Source of the DNA: Sphaerodactylus townsendi
Lineage: Eukaryota
NCBI RefSeq assembly: GCF_021028975.2
Contig: NC_059433.1
Location: forward strand, 34,410,001-34,474,000
Reading direction: 5' to 3'
DNA length: 64,000 nucleotides
Position 1 is the first letter of the stretch; each line of letters starts with the position of its first letter. Both the position numbers and the translations under genes were made by a program. The notes beneath the pieces were generated by a model that saw only the letters and a list, made by a program, of their open reading frames with translations, searched no databases and had not been told where the DNA came from. Below, in pieces: positions 37,521 through 51,207 of this stretch.

Positions 37521-40500
37521 TGATCTTAACTAATGATTCATGTCTCCAAAATAATAAGTAATGGGCTGATTCCAGAAATTTACTCAGTACTTAAACGACC
37601 TGAAACAAATGTTCCACCCTTCCTCAATCATGACAGGTACCGTGCCATAGATCCAACTTTCCAGTCTTACTAAGGGAAGATTGTTGATATTTCCCATGAA
37701 CAAATGGCAAACTCTGCTGTTTTCAGGCTGGCTCATCTTTGAAAATATTGCATTTTTATTATATCTGCATTCTGATGCCAACAGCCCTTTCCCTCTTCAT
37801 ATCAGGCAAAAAGTTATAAAAAGTTCCTCCTTCAGTTCCCATTTCCGTAGCTGGTTATCAACTTATTCTGTTACCCCAGCTTTATCTCTCCAATCACAAC
37901 TCTTTGGTCCATGGACCTGCCACTGTGCTTCTCTCCCCCATCTTCTGTTTAGGAATCTTTGTCCTTGTTTTTCCAAGTGTTGATCTGAATCTAGATTTTG
38001 GCATAAACAGGATTCAGATCCACAGCACTGAAGTATCCAGATTGCATGTTTATTCCATGCTCGCAAAGGAACGCCATTGCACATTGCGGCCCTGATAGGT
38101 AGACATATTTGGTTCCTGTCGATTCCCTTCATTGTGTCCTTTACTCTGTCTTTCCCTTCCCAGTTTCCTAGTTTTAAATAATTTTTAAAAGTCTTTACAA
38201 TGGGATTGTAATGTTTTGTTTCAATGCAAAGCATCAGTACTTAGTATTATGCAAAGCATTTATATTTGGCATTATGCAAAGTGTCTATACTTGGCATTAT
38301 GAGTCTTTAAATCACATTATTTAGTTATAAGGCAATTCTAGGTTTTAGTATTAGATCTTTGGTTTTACTGCTAGGCCCATTTCAAGCAATAATCAATAAT
38401 TATTCTTCAAACATATTTCCTGCTGCTTTCAATGTTAAGCACCCAAGTACAAAAAAACCCAAACTTGTTTAGGTGTAGGGAAGGGTTATAATATCTAAGA
38501 ATCCTAGACTTGGATTTATCATTGTGGGAAATCATGGTAAAAATCTAACCTAATGATTATTGTGTATCTTTTCAGCTCTGGGTTTTTGAGATGAACTCCT
38601 CCATTCTGTGTCAGTGTGCCAATCTGCTTCTTCCCTTAACTTTGTAGTTCATCGCTGTTTCCTTCCTCTCCAAAACTCCAACTTAACCAACTGGTTGCAG
38701 TTATTACCCTTTATATGAAGGATCTATGTTGAAAGCCAGTTATGAGTTTCTGTCCCAGTGGATCAGATGATGAAGCTGAAGCAGGCTGTCATCCAAAGCT
38801 GTATAATAGCCTCAGCTGGGAAATACAAAAGTGCCATGGATTATTGATAGAGTCATATCTGCAGTTCTGCTGACAAACGTGATGCCTCTTGATGCCTCAA
38901 AATGTTAAGGAAAAAATATATAAAAAACCACATCTATTAGTATTTCCCTCTCCTGCTTCGAATTGAAAGTTGAAGGATGCTTTTGGGTTCTCCTTTAATT
39001 TTCACCAGGCAGTGCAAGATGTTTCTGTTAGTGCCCTTCTTCATCTGCAGGGTCTGATGAATTTAACAAAGCATTAATAACTTACATTTAGAACAAAAAA
39101 TACACCAAGAGTTAAAAGGTAAGTGACCAGTTTGATTTGATTATCTTTTCGTAGCTCCAATATTATTTCTCAGAAGTCAGTATGACTTTTACAGCAGCTG
39201 CAGAGTAGAAAAAAACAAAAAACCCAAAGAATTCTAAAATTAACTTTGATGACAAGCTGTCAAAAATCTTACAGCCACATATTAGGTTGAACTTGTATTT
39301 AAATATCATGTTTAAATCTCCTGTTGTTTGTGTATGTGGGTGGAGGGGGATTTCACTGATTGCTTAAAGGAACGACTGTTCTTTAGCCTATCAAATTGTT
39401 ATGCCATAGTTTCATTGAATTATTACACAATTTACATTCAAGTTCTAATATGGATGTGTCTTTAGTATTCAGTGTTTTAATTATCCTTTTGCATGAAGTT
39501 GGGAGGGCAGTTTCCCCATCCCTGTTGTCCAGATGTGATTCCAATTTGTGTTAATGATAACGCTACAAAATTCTGTGATGTGGTTGATATTGAAGACGAC
39601 AGCCTGATGGGCGTCTAAACATTTATATTTAGCAAAACAAAGCATGGAAACTTTCTATTTACTTCATATACATACATGGTAGGCTCCTTGAAGAAGGTGT
39701 AGAATAAAAATAAAAATTTTGGGGAGACTGACTGCAAGGTTTATATATGCATACATTTTTGATGATATTTTAACTGGAAAAGCTAATGATTCTGCAGAAC
39801 TGTTTCTGTGCTGAATGATACAAGCTTTACATTTCAATCTTGTAAAGACAAGCAAATCTTTTTGTAAATTGCATGTAATGAAGTAAAACCAACATAAATC
39901 TAACAGCTGCAGCTATGTTAAATTCCAGATAAGGAAAATATTGTGTTTTACTGAATGTACTGGGATGATGGCTGTTGGTGTGCTGTATTGAATTGAAATT
40001 GAATGTCTTCTGTCCAGCTGAATTTCCTTAAGAGCAGTGACTACTGGAGGACTGACACATGCCCCTCAAATGATTGGTGTTTGCGACAGGCATCTGGTAT
40101 TTGAAATGAAATTTGAAGGTGAGAAATTATGACAAGTACGAGGAACAGCAAATGTCTACAGGTGCCTTGAGCCTTCCTCTACCATTTGTTTTCCATCTTC
40201 TTGGGCAAATGATTGAATCTGTATGTACTGAGGAAAAAACATGGTATATAGGCAGATGGTAAATTAACCATGCTAGGGGTGGTGTCAGATCAGAGATCTT
40301 GCATCCCAGCTGGGAAAATAAGGAAGTAGGAAGTCTAGTAAAAGTAGATGGCATGTAGGAAAGTAATAAATGGTAATACAATTGATCAGAGATCTGTGCA
40401 AATGAATTAGTGAAAAATATGAGCAATATGAGCTTAATAATTGCCCATAATGCTGTATCATGGTTTTAAAAAAATGAAATATGGGAGTCTTTGTTAATCC

Positions 40501-40521
40501 CTCAATACAGGCTATATTGTA

Positions 40522-40523
<2 letters not shown>

Positions 40524-40564
<41 letters not shown>
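40524..40564. repeat. (TG)n microsatellite
   Basis: Pure TG run. Confidence 0.98.
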
Positions 40565-40565
<1 letters not shown>

Positions 40566-40705
40566 GTCAACAAATACAACTGACTTATGATAACCTCTTG
40601 GAGTTTTCAAGGCAGGAAACATTCAGAAGTAGTTTGCCTCTTTCTGCCTCTATATCATGCCCCTGGTATTCCTAGGAGTTCCCACCCAAATATACTGGCC
40701 AAGGT
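40565..40705 (-). mobile_element. 5S-headed SINE fragment
   Basis: CCTGGTATTCCTAGGAGTTCCCACCCAAATATACTGGCCAAGG resembles antisense 5S rRNA. The body resembles 21152-21300. Confidence 0.65.
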
Positions 40706-41258
40706 TGAGGCTGAGAGTGTGTGACTGGACAAAGGTAATCAAGCAAGTTTTCATGGCAGAGTGGGGATTCAAACCTGGGTTACCCAGATCTTAGGCCCAC
40801 TCCACACGAGCCAACAACAATGGTGCTGGGCTGGTAAAAAACACCAGTTGGGAGATAACTTCACATGGCTGCTGCCTCTGAAACGAGGAAGCACCTTGCT
40901 TTCCCCCAAAAACCAGTGTTTTTGAAACTCACTAAATGAGCGAGGTTTTTGTAAAAAACCACTGATTTGCACCTGGTGTTGAGCGAATGGCACTGGGTGG
41001 GAAGCGCCACTTTTAGGCACATCCTTTTTAAAAGCCTTTTTAAAAGCATGCCCCCGCAGCCCTCCAACCCCCGTGGCATCACCATGGTCATAGGGGGCAT
41101 GTTTCCTTGTCCCTGCGGAGCTGCGCAGGGAGAAAAGGTACATTTTTTTTCAAAAAAGGATATGCCTGCACAGGCTGTGGCAGCTCCAGACCACCAGCAC
41201 AGAAGTGTGTGAATGGCCCTGGTGATACTTTAACCATTACACCACTCTGCCGCTCTCA
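40706..41258 (-). mobile_element. tRNA-derived SINE head split by a MITE insertion
   Basis: Antisense B box GGGATTCAAACC (~40764) and antisense A box AACCATTACACCA (~41232) are separated by the 40795-41219 insert. Confidence 0.75.
40795..41219. mobile_element. Harbinger-type MITE nested in a SINE
   Basis: Ends GCCCACTCCACAC...GTGTGTGAATGGCCC. Flanks TAG/TGG are compatible with a 3-bp TSD. Confidence 0.65.
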
Positions 41259-44200
41259 TTACCTGCACTTTATACTAGAATGACAGAGAAAGGATTTGGG
41301 CAGACAAATCCAAAGTGGGGGGGAGTGGACCCCTCTCTGGACCCGGCACAGCCCACCGGTGCAAGGGACAGATATGCTGGTGGAGGGGCAACTTACCTGG
41401 GTGGCTGAGTGCCATGCAATTCCGTGGTACACAACCTGGAAGCTGCCACTTGTCCCCAGGCATAATACAATCATTGCAAATATATATTTGTTGTAATCTC
41501 ACTGATCATCAAGATGAGTTGCATACATGCTTGACTTCTTAAGATTCATTTAAATTTGATAAGCTCTGAATGAAGCCCCAGTTGATTGGGATTCTGGCTT
41601 ACCAGTACAGGAGAATTATTTTCTACCATACATCATCCACTGGAGGTTGCTATGAGCAATTAAAATCGGAATGCATTTCTTCATTTTGTTCGACAGTGTT
41701 TTATGATATCTGTCAAAATATTATAAAAACCAAACATAAAATGAACATTATAAAAAACCAAATCTGGCAGTCTTCATCACTATATTTAATGGTAAAGTTA
41801 CTGTTCCCTGCCAGCCATAAAAGCAACAATCTGATCCACCCACAAATGATGTAGCAGCCTTTGAGGGACTGTATTGTGTGTGTGGGGAGAGAAGGGAGAA
41901 ATGTGACTTTATAAATTAACCAGAGAAGGGGGGAAAGCCCTTTCATAATAGTCTCATGAAGATTAAACATTCTCAGAATGTTGAAAATAGTCAAGAGACA
42001 GCTAAAGGGGGAAAGCAGGAGGGGACACTGGCTTCTTTGAGCCTCTGAGAAATTACAACATTGCTGAGGTGAAACTTGTTAGAATGAGGGAATTTCCAAA
42101 TTGTTCCTGCAGGCTGTGATTTTTCATGAATCCCTAACTTGTAATGTTTGTACATGCAAACCCAGGTTGCTTTTCTGGAGCATCGCTGCAGCAGTTTCCA
42201 AGATTTTAAATCATTTCTTGTAAAACCTAGATATAGTTTCTCACACTCATCCCCATCCCACCCCACCCCACCCCACCCCTCTCTCTTTGTGTGTGTGCGT
42301 GTGTGTGCTTGTGCGTCTGTCTGACTCTCTCTTTCTCTCTCTTGTTCTTTTTCTCCCTCCTGTAATATACCGGAGCATTAAAAAAGCAGGATAAGTACTT
42401 TACAGCCTTCTTACTGCTGCCCACAGGGTGCTATAAATGCACAAACTGGATATAATTGAAGCCCATATTAACTTACCTTCTGTTGTACAGGAAGAACATA
42501 AGCAGGCTGTTAATGTGCACAGTGTTGAAACTCTTAACTTGGGGGTTGAGAATTAGCTTGCAGGAGTAATTTGGTAAGCACCTGGGAAATTGCAAGCTTC
42601 ATTTCCTGCAACGTGGAATATGATTAAAAAGAGAATATATTATTATCATGGGCACCATTAAAAAATGTGTAGACAGCATTCCATGATGTTAAAATGGAAA
42701 TTGGAAGTTGTATTCAAATGTGGAAGATACTGCATGTTAATTATGGTCTACCACAGTGCATTGAAAGTGCAATTCAATTATTTGCTTTGTCAAGCAATAT
42801 TTTGATTAACTTGAACTTTAATTTTGTACATCTGGTGTTTTTCACAGTGGGATAAAACAGGGTTGAGGTGTACTGCTTGCCAACAGCATCCAGAAACAAC
42901 AGAAACAACATATGCAGAGCCACAACAGAAAACTGTATTAAAACCTAGGAAGGCAATCTAGTAGAAATATAGTAAGGTTGTGCAATCAACTGAATGAATC
43001 AAGCGAGATATTGATGGATGTGGAGCCTGAGGTTATGTTTATCCCTTAGATATTCACAAACATTGACTATCATTATACAATTATGTTATTCTAATTGCTG
43101 TAGTTAAGTTATGATACACCCTTAAGTCTGAGTTCACAAACAAAAATATCTTTCAAGATCTGTGCCAGCACAGGGAAATGTCACAATGCAAATTTAAATT
43201 GTAAGCATTTTGGAGGTGAGATCCTGCAGTTTATTTCTGCATTCAGTTGTTAATACACTACCAATGACAGCAGGACATTTGAGCAGCTATGTATTTGTCT
43301 TTTTAAACTTCTGTAAAAATAGAGATGTTTACAGATAAAAATGCAGCTCCAGAGAACTAATCCTAGAAGCCCCTATTAAATCCAAAAGACCGTATATTGC
43401 ATCCTGATTCCATCTTACTAAACCAGTTCATCTTTTCTTGTTAATATGAATAGTCAGCATCTTTTTTCAGTGATAAAGATATGATGGTTGAATGAAATTT
43501 TACATTAGCGAATAACAAGTTGTCAAAGGAAATTTTTGGGAGGAGTAAGGAAATAGATTCTCAGGTTATTTTCAAAAGCTGAACAACAGTTTGTTAGAAT
43601 TCATTTTGCCCTTGAAAGGTCTGTAGAGTCAGAAGATGTGCTGTTTGCCCATTAGGATCAGGCAGGAAGGAGAGCTGAACTGCAAGATGTATCATCAAAG
43701 ACAGTTCACCCATGTCCAAATCTAGACTCAGATGCTCTATCTACAAGCACAGAGTCCCTCAAGTAGGTGATTTGAGCTGAAAATACTCAAGCCAAAAGTG
43801 CAGTAATCAGAAGACAACACATGGTTTAAAAGTCAGGTTCCCATACTTTGTATGCTTGAAGATGATTGGCAAATATGTGAAGAGGACTGTAAGTGACGAT
43901 GAGTCATTATCAACTGAGCATTACATGGCTGAGGAAAAATCTGGAGGAGTGTCAGAATCAGTTCATAATGGCCTCAAACATTTCCACAGCAGAGGAATTT
44001 CTATCTTCATTACATATTCATCCTGTTTATCCTCCAAGATGCTCAGATTGGCATGCATGCTTCTGTCCTCCTCCATTTTACCCATACAACAACCATCTGA
44101 GGCAAAGGTTTCCAGTGAACTCATGGTCAGGTAGGAATTTGAAACACCCTGCTCATTACCCATTTCATTTGTTTCTGATTCCCCATCTCCAGACTTCTTC

Positions 44201-46204
44201 AATATCTTCATTACGTACATAATTGTCTCGTAAACCACCTAAAGAAGATTTGTCTCATAATAGCCTTTTTCTAAAATCAGTACCAGGGATAAGCATTTTA
44301 CTAGGTATATTGCTCTTACACCTGTTTAATATTCTCAGATTTGCACAAGATATTTCTGAGGAGATATTTAAATCACCTACCCCAGGCGGCTTTTGATTTT
44401 TTTTTTTTGGTGCTTCCTCTGGTTTCTCATTCTAATTCGTGACAGAATTCTACTACCATCGCCTACAGTTGCCAAAATGGAAATGGCTGCCTTGGTCTTG
44501 GAGCCATCTTCTTACCCTTTAAAATCTGCAATGGTGATATAGTTTGAAGAAAAAGGCCAACTGTATGAATCACTTAAATAAAAGTGAATATTCCTGTACT
44601 GAGTAGAAGGTACCCTGCTTACCAGCTTTAGCCAGGAGCCTGTAGTCATGCTTCATAAAGGTTAGTTCCTTGTGATTTGCCTATTGACTTTCTTCAGCAT
44701 TTTGAGCCACATAATGTGACTGATAACCTGCCTTTTGGAATAAAGCATAGCCTTGGGAGAAAACTGTCGAGTCTCTTTTTTTCAGTTTGCTTTGTGACCT
44801 TTCCCTGCAATCCAGCATGTGATCTAACATCTGACAAACCTTTAATTTTGGCAGGTCGTCTGACAAGTTAGCTCTAAAGGAAATCTGTAGGTTAAGATAA
44901 GTCCCTCAAAACTTTTGTTGCCAACATCTTTCACAGGTCATAAAAACTTCTGCTTCACACTTCTTTTGTTTTTGTTTTCCCTTTTATAAAAGTTACATTT
45001 TTTTTCTTTGCATCACAATCATTTTCCGTGAGCTAGAAAATAAATATTCTTTATTCTAAACACAGACAGCCAAGAAGCAAAATGTTGCTGATTCCTTCCG
45101 ATATTAGTCTTCAGAGTAGCTTGACCTATTTTTCTGAAGCTTTTATTGCGCTTCTGCCTATTGGATTTTATAGCAGCCTCAAAATGTTATACAAGCTTAT
45201 CTGGTTGTATTCAGCTTCCTTTCTTTTCTCCCTCTGAGCCTGAGAGCTGGGGAATACCTGGTGATGGATGCCTGCATCCCCTCCTCCCATATTTTTCAAG
45301 TGACAACTATATTGTATTTACTGATTTTCTCCAAATGCACATTTAATGGGAAAAAGCAAAAGTCACTGCAAATTATACTCCAGATTGATTTGCCCTGGCC
45401 CCCAGCTTGCTTCAAATGAAGCATAAGGCTCCATTGGCTGTGAAGAAATCTGAGAAGCCAATCAGATGAGGGCAACCTGTGGCTCCCTCTCACCTTCAGC
45501 CTTCCTACTGGAGCTGAGAGAGAGTGAAGTCTTGTATCTGTGGAGCTTGCCTCTTTGGCTGGTTTGATATACTTTTGGGAGTGTTTACTGGTATTGGTAG
45601 TTGAACTGTGTCCCCAGTATTTCTGATTTGCTGGGTATGTGTGGGAGTGAGGTTCTAGGGTAGGGTTATGTTCTCCCTCCATTACATCCTTAGCCTCCAA
45701 TAAAAGTATCTGAGAAAGATAACTTTCCATGTAGTCACATGTAGAATGCATTGGAGTAATCTAAACTAAGATATAATGTAGAATTTGTAAACTAGATAAT
45801 ATAACATCTGCAGGGTTTTTTTTCACCTGCAGCTTCTGAGATGGTGTGGAGTGAACTGACTGTATATGGAGAAACACAATCATCTCCCATGGACTTAACT
45901 ATCTAGCATCAACGACTGATGATGAATTTTACCTTCACTAAATAGTATTCTCAAGTAAACTTCTTCACTTGTCCTCCTAGCAATGAATGGAAGCTACCAT
46001 TTACTTATATGAGAGAAACTGAGAAGTCACACTTGGTTTTGGAACCTTGTGCAATGAAAAGCAGTCTAGTTTCTTCCCTCCAAACCCATCCTTCCTTTTT
46101 TTTCTCCCACATACCACACGAGGATTGAGAAATCTCCTGTTATGAAGCAAGGACATGCCCATCCTTTGAAGGGGAACAGGTAGTTTGTTTTCATCCCCTT
46201 ATAA

Positions 46205-46288
46205 CCGTTGTGGTGAACCTTTGGCACCAGGGGCTGATGGGAATTGTAGTCCATAACATCTGGAGCGCCAAATGTTTGCCACCACTGC
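46205..46288. mobile_element. Internally deleted hAT MITE (same family as 21303-21447)
   Basis: GTGGTGAACCTTTGGCAC...GGGGCTGATGGGAATTGTAGTCCATAACATCTGGAGCGCCAAATGTTTGCCACCACTG. Confidence 0.8.
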
Positions 46289-46506
46289 CTTATAAACATT
46301 GGATTCCATTTCCTGTGCAGGCTGGGATGCAACTTCATATCCTAGCCAATAGGGTATGCTGACATGAAGACTGTTCACAGCTTTCCAGACCATTATGGCC
46401 ATCTTGTTGCTAGCAATGCTTTTATGACCTACCTTCATATAATGGTATGAGATTAGCTAGTGACTTTGGGGCCTGGTAGGCATTTGCCTTCCACAGATGG
46501 AATGAG

Positions 46507-46916
46507 TAGGCTAGCCAACTCCAGCTTGGAAAACCCCTGAAGATTTGATGCTAGTGTCTGGGAATGACAGAGTTTTGGGAGGGGAAGGAAGAAACTCAGC
46601 AGGGAAGTGATGTCATAGAGTTCATCTTCTGAAATTGGATTGGCTCTCCTTTGGTTTTGTCAGCTGGCTGGCAAGAAGGGAATTCTCGGAGAAATGGGGA
46701 GATGGATCGGTGTTGTGACAATGCCATATTATCACCTCTGGTGAAACCCAGAAGAGAAATCATCATATCAGGCAAATGATACACTGCCACCCCATGCTAT
46801 GATGATACTTCTGGTTTTCCCTGTAAGGGACATCACTCTGTGCCCTCCCCACAGATATAAGTGTCCAGCCATCTGACAATCCCAATCCAGAGCCCAACTG
46901 GAAGTTGGCAAGTTTA
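46507..46916. mobile_element. TAGGGTTGCCA-terminus MITE family, decayed
   Basis: Ends TAGGCTAGCCAAC...GTTGGCAAGTTTA. Related fragments lie near 17775-17845, 47076-47450 and 52505-52580. Confidence 0.55.
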
Positions 46917-47310
46917 TCGGAGAGAAGGATCTTTTTTCTTCCCACGTTTTTATGTTGTTTTTGCTGTCTGCTTCATGTTACAAGTGCATGGGAAGTAGTT
47001 TAAATAGGTCAGGTGTGTGAGAGTTTTGTATGTCCTAGTTGGCAGGATCAGTGTGTGTTTCCTGATTCAAAATATTAGATTGCCAGTCACCTGGAAAAAT
47101 CTACTGATGGGAAGAGGTAATCAAACCAGACACTGGCCTAAGAAGGCCTAGACCAGGGTGTCCCATTCCCTCGATTTTCCTGTTCATGTGATGGGGGTGG
47201 AATTTTTAAAATAAAGAAAACTCTACAATTGCACATGGTACCAAATCACTTCTAGTAAAAATACCAGAATAGGTAGCTCTAGGAATTACTGGAAACTCTT
47301 TGGCTTCACT

Positions 47311-47364
47311 AGAGCCCTCCGGGGATTGGGCGGTATATCAAATTAAATAAATAATAATAATAAT
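47311..47364 (+). mobile_element. Short L2-type 3' tail
   Basis: GAGCCCTCCGGGGATTGGGCGGTATATCAAATTAAATAAAT(AAT)n. Confidence 0.7.
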
Positions 47365-48748
47365 ATATGTTTTTACTGGAAGTGATGCAACAGTGCAGTT
47401 AGCATTGCAGTCCCCCATATCCCCACCTACAAACTTCCTACTGTTTGCTTAAAGGGAGAACTCTCTCATACGGGAATCAGTGGCTAAATACTCATGCTGA
47501 CTGGCTTCAGTTGACAATGGTTGACATCTTTCCACCAATTTTGGTGTGAAAGCTCTGATAAGTAGGAAGTAGCTAACTTATCAATCTAAACTTGGGCCTT
47601 GGGTGAGGCTGTCTACATGCTGGTGGACCCTTTGGTTAGACTCTTAAGAAACCTGCCCTACAAGTGGAGAACTGCATTACCATGTGATAGTTCAGCTGGT
47701 AGAAGAAAAAAGAGTTTAGTAAGACCTAGTTTAACTTATATTTACTGAGTACGTGATGTCTTTCTTTTGGGGGGTGTGGTCAAAAACAGCAGCTTGTTGT
47801 GACATCCAAATCAGATGAAATCACAAGCCATTATCTGTTCTTTTGCCTACAGAATAGGATTCTAAACCATTTTTGTTTTGGTTTGCTTAATTTTAGATGT
47901 CAAAACAAACTGCAGTTTGTTCCCAACATGAATTATATTTCATATTTGCAGCACAAATAAAAGTGTGTGGTGGTGAGCACAAGGACTTCCCAATTTGTTC
48001 CTGTTTGTGATGCCCAAATTTACTCTAGAAAGTTGTGACTTAAATCTATGTGGCTTAATTATTTGACTCAACTACCATAGTAAATATGAAGTTCTATATG
48101 GAGTATCTCTTTCTCTCTCCTCGCCTTTATCCCCCCCCCTTTATTGAATTGCCAAGACTCCAGGTTTTGTGATACAATATATTACTTTGTCACATATTCA
48201 TGATAGATTTAATATTTCCTTTTAATTATTTCACTTGGAGGTCAATTTTGGCCTGTATGCTCTTTATGTTTGTGTATTATTTTCAGGCAAGCCTTGCCTC
48301 ATTTGCAAATAGTTTTTAGTGGTTCATCAAATTATCCTTTTTTGATAACACTTGGAGATATATCATGCAAAAATAGAATATATGCAAAAATGTGGAGCTG
48401 TCTAGTAGTTGGACATAACTGAAAAGTGTTTTCTAGTGATACTGGTGTTCAGCATCAGTTCCATGGTAAATTCTTCAAGGTTGCTTATCACAACACTAGA
48501 TTATTTATTCTTTTGGAAATAACAGTGGTTTTTTTAGTAGTTGATCAGAATTTCTGCTTTCATAGATCCATAAATGTTGCACACTTGAAAAGAATATAAT
48601 TCTGATGCTAAAACTTATGTATAGGAATATTTGGAATGTACACAAAATTATATAGTCCTTACAAAATAGATTAGATCTGACTGAAAATATGCCTTAGTGT
48701 GTAAGTTTTTAGCAGAATTTTTAAAATGAACAAATTGTACCAACACAT

Positions 48749-49282
48749 GGGCCCTTTCTGCACAAACCTTTTGAAATGTTTTGAGGCAGGAAGTAAAACA
48801 TTTCCTCCATGGAGTTCCACATTGCTTCCACCCCCATAGTTTTATTTCCAGCCTAAAAACATTTTAAATACATCCTTCTCAAAAATGATTCTCTGGCTGA
48901 AAAGTTTTGAAAATGCCTCCAGTTGCTATGAAATCTACTAACTATGTGTCCCATGTTTCTCTGCTTTCCTGAACTTCCTCATCAGGACCATTTTCTGATC
49001 TCACTCGGTTCCTCCTCACCTGTTCATTTGCAGCATTTCTCTGTTTGTTCTTTTATTTGGGGAGGGGGCAATCTTCAAAGCTTTGGGTATTTGAGGAGTA
49101 CAGAATTCAGCATGAGACTGTGAAGCACTGAAGCATCAATTCAACACAACTAAAATGGGGAGGGGTCACGAAATGGTGGTCAGGAATCGTTTTGAGGGGG
49201 TGAGGGCAGAGATATATTGTTGCAAAGGGAGGGACTGAAAACATTTTAAAAACACGTTAAGGGATTTGTGCAAGAAGGGTCG
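48749..49282. mobile_element. Harbinger-type MITE
   Basis: TIRs GGCCCTTTCTGCACAAA...TTTGTGCAAGAAGGGTC, with subterminal AATGTTTT/AAAACATT motifs. Confidence 0.65.
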
Positions 49283-49439
49283 GGGTCCCTTTTTAGTATT
49301 TAACATTTAATAATACTGTTGTTTATGAAATACTACAGACATGCTGGGAAAATATAGCTGAAAAGTTGAAAATAGTCCTCCTTGCTTTTTATGGAGAGTG
49401 ATATAAACAAAACTTGATGAACTAAATAACAGTAGTGTC

Positions 49440-50240
49440 TACTACTTCTCAAGGGGACCATCATTTCTCATGATAAGGGGTGATGAGAGATTTTGATGAG
49501 AAATTGTCTAAGCAGTTTTGGAATTTGAACAATTTACCTGGAACAAATGTCGTTCAATTAATTCACCACAATAATCCAATTTCTCACTGGATCCCTTCCT
49601 CTAAAAAGTCCAACTTTATATATCCAACTTGTAATCATCCAGGAGAAAGGCAGACTTTAGTAGGTTGCTTGTTATTGTTAGCAGATGAACAGTTTTCCAT
49701 CTGGATTCCTTAGGAACCTTCGGGTGTTTGCCATTTGGATCTAGTGACTTGTAGTTGTCAATTAGCTCTAAAATCTTATCCCTCATTTCTGTTTCACTCA
49801 TCTCTTTAGACAGATTCCCAGGAGAGAGGGGGTACTGCTGTTCCAGGTGAATAGACACCCTCCACAGAACATACAGATACAAATAATTCATTCAGTTTAT
49901 TGGTAATTTCTCTGTTTCCTATAGTAATTTTCCCCCTATTCCATTGTTGTCCAGTGTTTCTGGTATCTTTGGTGTATTATTATTGGTTCATTTGGTATAT
50001 TTGCTGATATATGGTATATTTAGTATATTTTATGTAATATTTTTAACAATATGCTCCTTTGTTTCCCCAGCCATCAAGTAGCATTCGTTTTGCTGGAGCA
50101 TGTGTTCTTTCTCATTTTCCTTGTTAGTGCAAGACTTCCAATTTTAAAGGAAGCATTCTTGTCTTTTATGGTTTCCTTGACTTTTCTAATTAACCACAAA
50201 AGTGTCCTTTTAGTTGCACAGTACCTTACCTAATCTGCGG
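49440..50240 (-). mobile_element. L1 ORF2 APE endonuclease remnant (heavily decayed)
   Basis: Remnants in the expected order across frames: GVYSP (GVYAP), LLDDYKLDI (LxDxWR region), then decayed SRLD- and SDHSP-like segments. Confidence 0.5.
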
Positions 50241-50550
50241 TTTACATGCTGAGTTTCAGCTGCTAAAGTCCTTCCTGAAGTGATTCAAGTAGCTTTGTGC
50301 CTAGGAGTTTCTTTTATTTATTTTGTATTCACTATTAATTCCAAATGGGCTAGTTTTTTTATTGGGTTGCATTGTGGAATTTTATATGTGTCATTATTGA
50401 TGCTTTCATTACTGATGTTTCTGTTTCTTTTTTATTATTAGTATTTTCTTTTTTCATCTGAGAGATCCCCTCCCCCTTTTCCAGTCTGTATCTTCCATAC
50501 AAACTGGACAAAACTCAGAGGGGTTGTAGTACACTCCAAGAGCACCCACA

Positions 50551-50720
50551 GGCCCTTTCCCCACTTATCTTAAGCTCCGCACTACTCTCCTCAAGTAGCG
50601 CGGGGTCTCGGGGCACTCCCCACTACAAGGGTGGCGACAGCGCAGCCACCCCGACACTGCTGCTCTCGCGCCCCCTCAGCATGCGGCATCCCTGGCGCTC
50701 CTCAGAGCAGCGTCTTTTTA
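50551..50720. mobile_element. Truncated Harbinger-type MITE
   Basis: Starts AGGCCCTTTCCCCACT and is CpG-rich. No matching right end. Confidence 0.55.
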
Positions 50721-51207
50721 AAATGTTAATTGTGTCCTAATCAGTTACACCTTTCTAAGGTTTCAGTGGATTTAGAAAGTTATAACTCTACTTGGGATGG
50801 CACTGTAGGTAAAGCAGATGTAAAATAGTTGTGAAACTTTTGAGTGTTCTAAAATTATCTTATTTCCATAAGCCCACTATGGTGTAGTATTTTTTTGCTC
50901 TAATGAATAATACATTACATTATTATCAGACCACTTATTCTTTTGGCTTTATTTCAAGAGATCTGAGAACTGCAATCATGGATTTTCTCATTGGTCAGGT
51001 TGTATCAGATACCTGCTTGACATTTTATAGAAATACAGAGGTCAAGGTTCCTGCCCCAGAGACATAACAATCAAAATAGACAGATGGTGGAAGCTATGTA
51101 ACAAAATCATCAATCAGACTGAGTTAACACATAGTTTGTTAGCTTCACCTTATAGGATAAAAAAGTTCTGAACTATTTTTAATTATAAAATTCACATAAA
51201 AGGAACT

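Noticed and set aside
42476-42577. Possible coding exon (CTGTTGTACAG|GAAGAACAT...|GTAAGC)
   Set aside because: The most protein-like frame (EEHKQAVNVHSVETLNLGVEN) hits a stop before the donor, I recognise no protein, and no partner exons were found.
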